Source: a virus
Lineage: Duplodnaviria; Caudoviricetes
Strand: one strand, 5' to 3'
DNA: 57,421 nt
Virus record (IMG/VR): IMGVR_UViG_3300030202_000014
Location: 1-57,421 of that record
The notes under the pieces were generated by a model that was not told the origin of the DNA, searched no databases, and was given only the letters and a program-made list of their open reading frames with translations. Of the stretch, positions 57,113 to 57,421 are shown in pieces. Each line of letters begins with the position of its first letter. The stretch's first letter is position 1. The translations under genes and the position numbers were made by a program.

Positions 57113-57421
57113 AGCAAATCCTGTAGTAGATGAAATATCTATTGAGGAACAACACAACGTTATATTCAAACCAAACGAAGGTCCACAGACGGACTTTCTA
57201 GCTGCAGGTGAAAGAGAAGTATTATATGGTGGCAGTGCAGGTGGAGGTAAATCCTACGCCATGTTAGCTGACCCCTTACGTTACATGGGCCATCCTGCCT
57301 TTTCTGGATTGTTACTACGGCATACAACAGAAGAACTTAGGGAACTTATATTTAAATCACAAGAAATGTACCCTAAGATTTGGAAAGGTATTAAGTGGTC
57401 TGAACGAAAGATGCAGTGGAC
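57018..57421 (+). CDS. terL: Terminase large subunit, N-terminal part
   Basis: Manual translation ...FKPNEGPQTDFL...VLYGGSAGGGKSYAML (Walker A); start codon uncertain. Confidence 0.9.
   Translation, partial: MRKRQSPKRRNSKPKGSEQKTKAVKKTQAQPKANPVVDEISIEEQHNVIFKPNEGPQTDFLAAGEREVLYGGSAGGGKSYAMLADPLRYMGHPAFSGLLLRHTTEELRELIFKSQEMYPKIWKGIKWSERKMQW

Noticed and set aside
1-57421. tRNA genes, tRNA-derived attP, phage RNA polymerase, DNA methyltransferase
   Set aside because: None recognisable by eye; tRNAscan-SE and HMM searches are needed to exclude them formally

Overview
Near-complete, circularly permuted genome (~57 kb) of a marine podovirus. The contig opens inside the terminase large subunit, whose 5' part is at the right end and whose 3' part is at the left end. 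A family A DNA polymerase with an inserted DnaJ-type CxxCxGxG zinc finger, an integrase-primase-helicase block, class II RNR, ThyX and MazG place it with the HMO-2011-type phages; an alphaproteobacterial host (SAR116/Roseobacter-like) is an inference. Layout: + strand morphogenesis arm (1-31412), - strand early/replication arm (31441-50699), a non-coding divergent region (50700-51590), and + strand late/lysis/packaging genes (51601-57421). Four signals are not explained by the gene list. (1) Seven copies of a 14-bp palindrome GTCCAA-NN-TTGGAC are confined to the early arm, written into ORFs in different frames and roughly phased at ~0.6-0.7 kb at the start of the arm. (2) The pentamer CCAG[C/G] (CCWGG plus CCAGC/GCTGG) appears to be absent genome-wide and forces rare Pro codons, alongside a small early protein resembling a restriction-enzyme DNA-binding domain. 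(3) Early promoters sit inside inverted repeats. (4) Short motifs (xxxGG, GLxxR) recur across late proteins. All calls are by eye; no database search or k-mer count was run.
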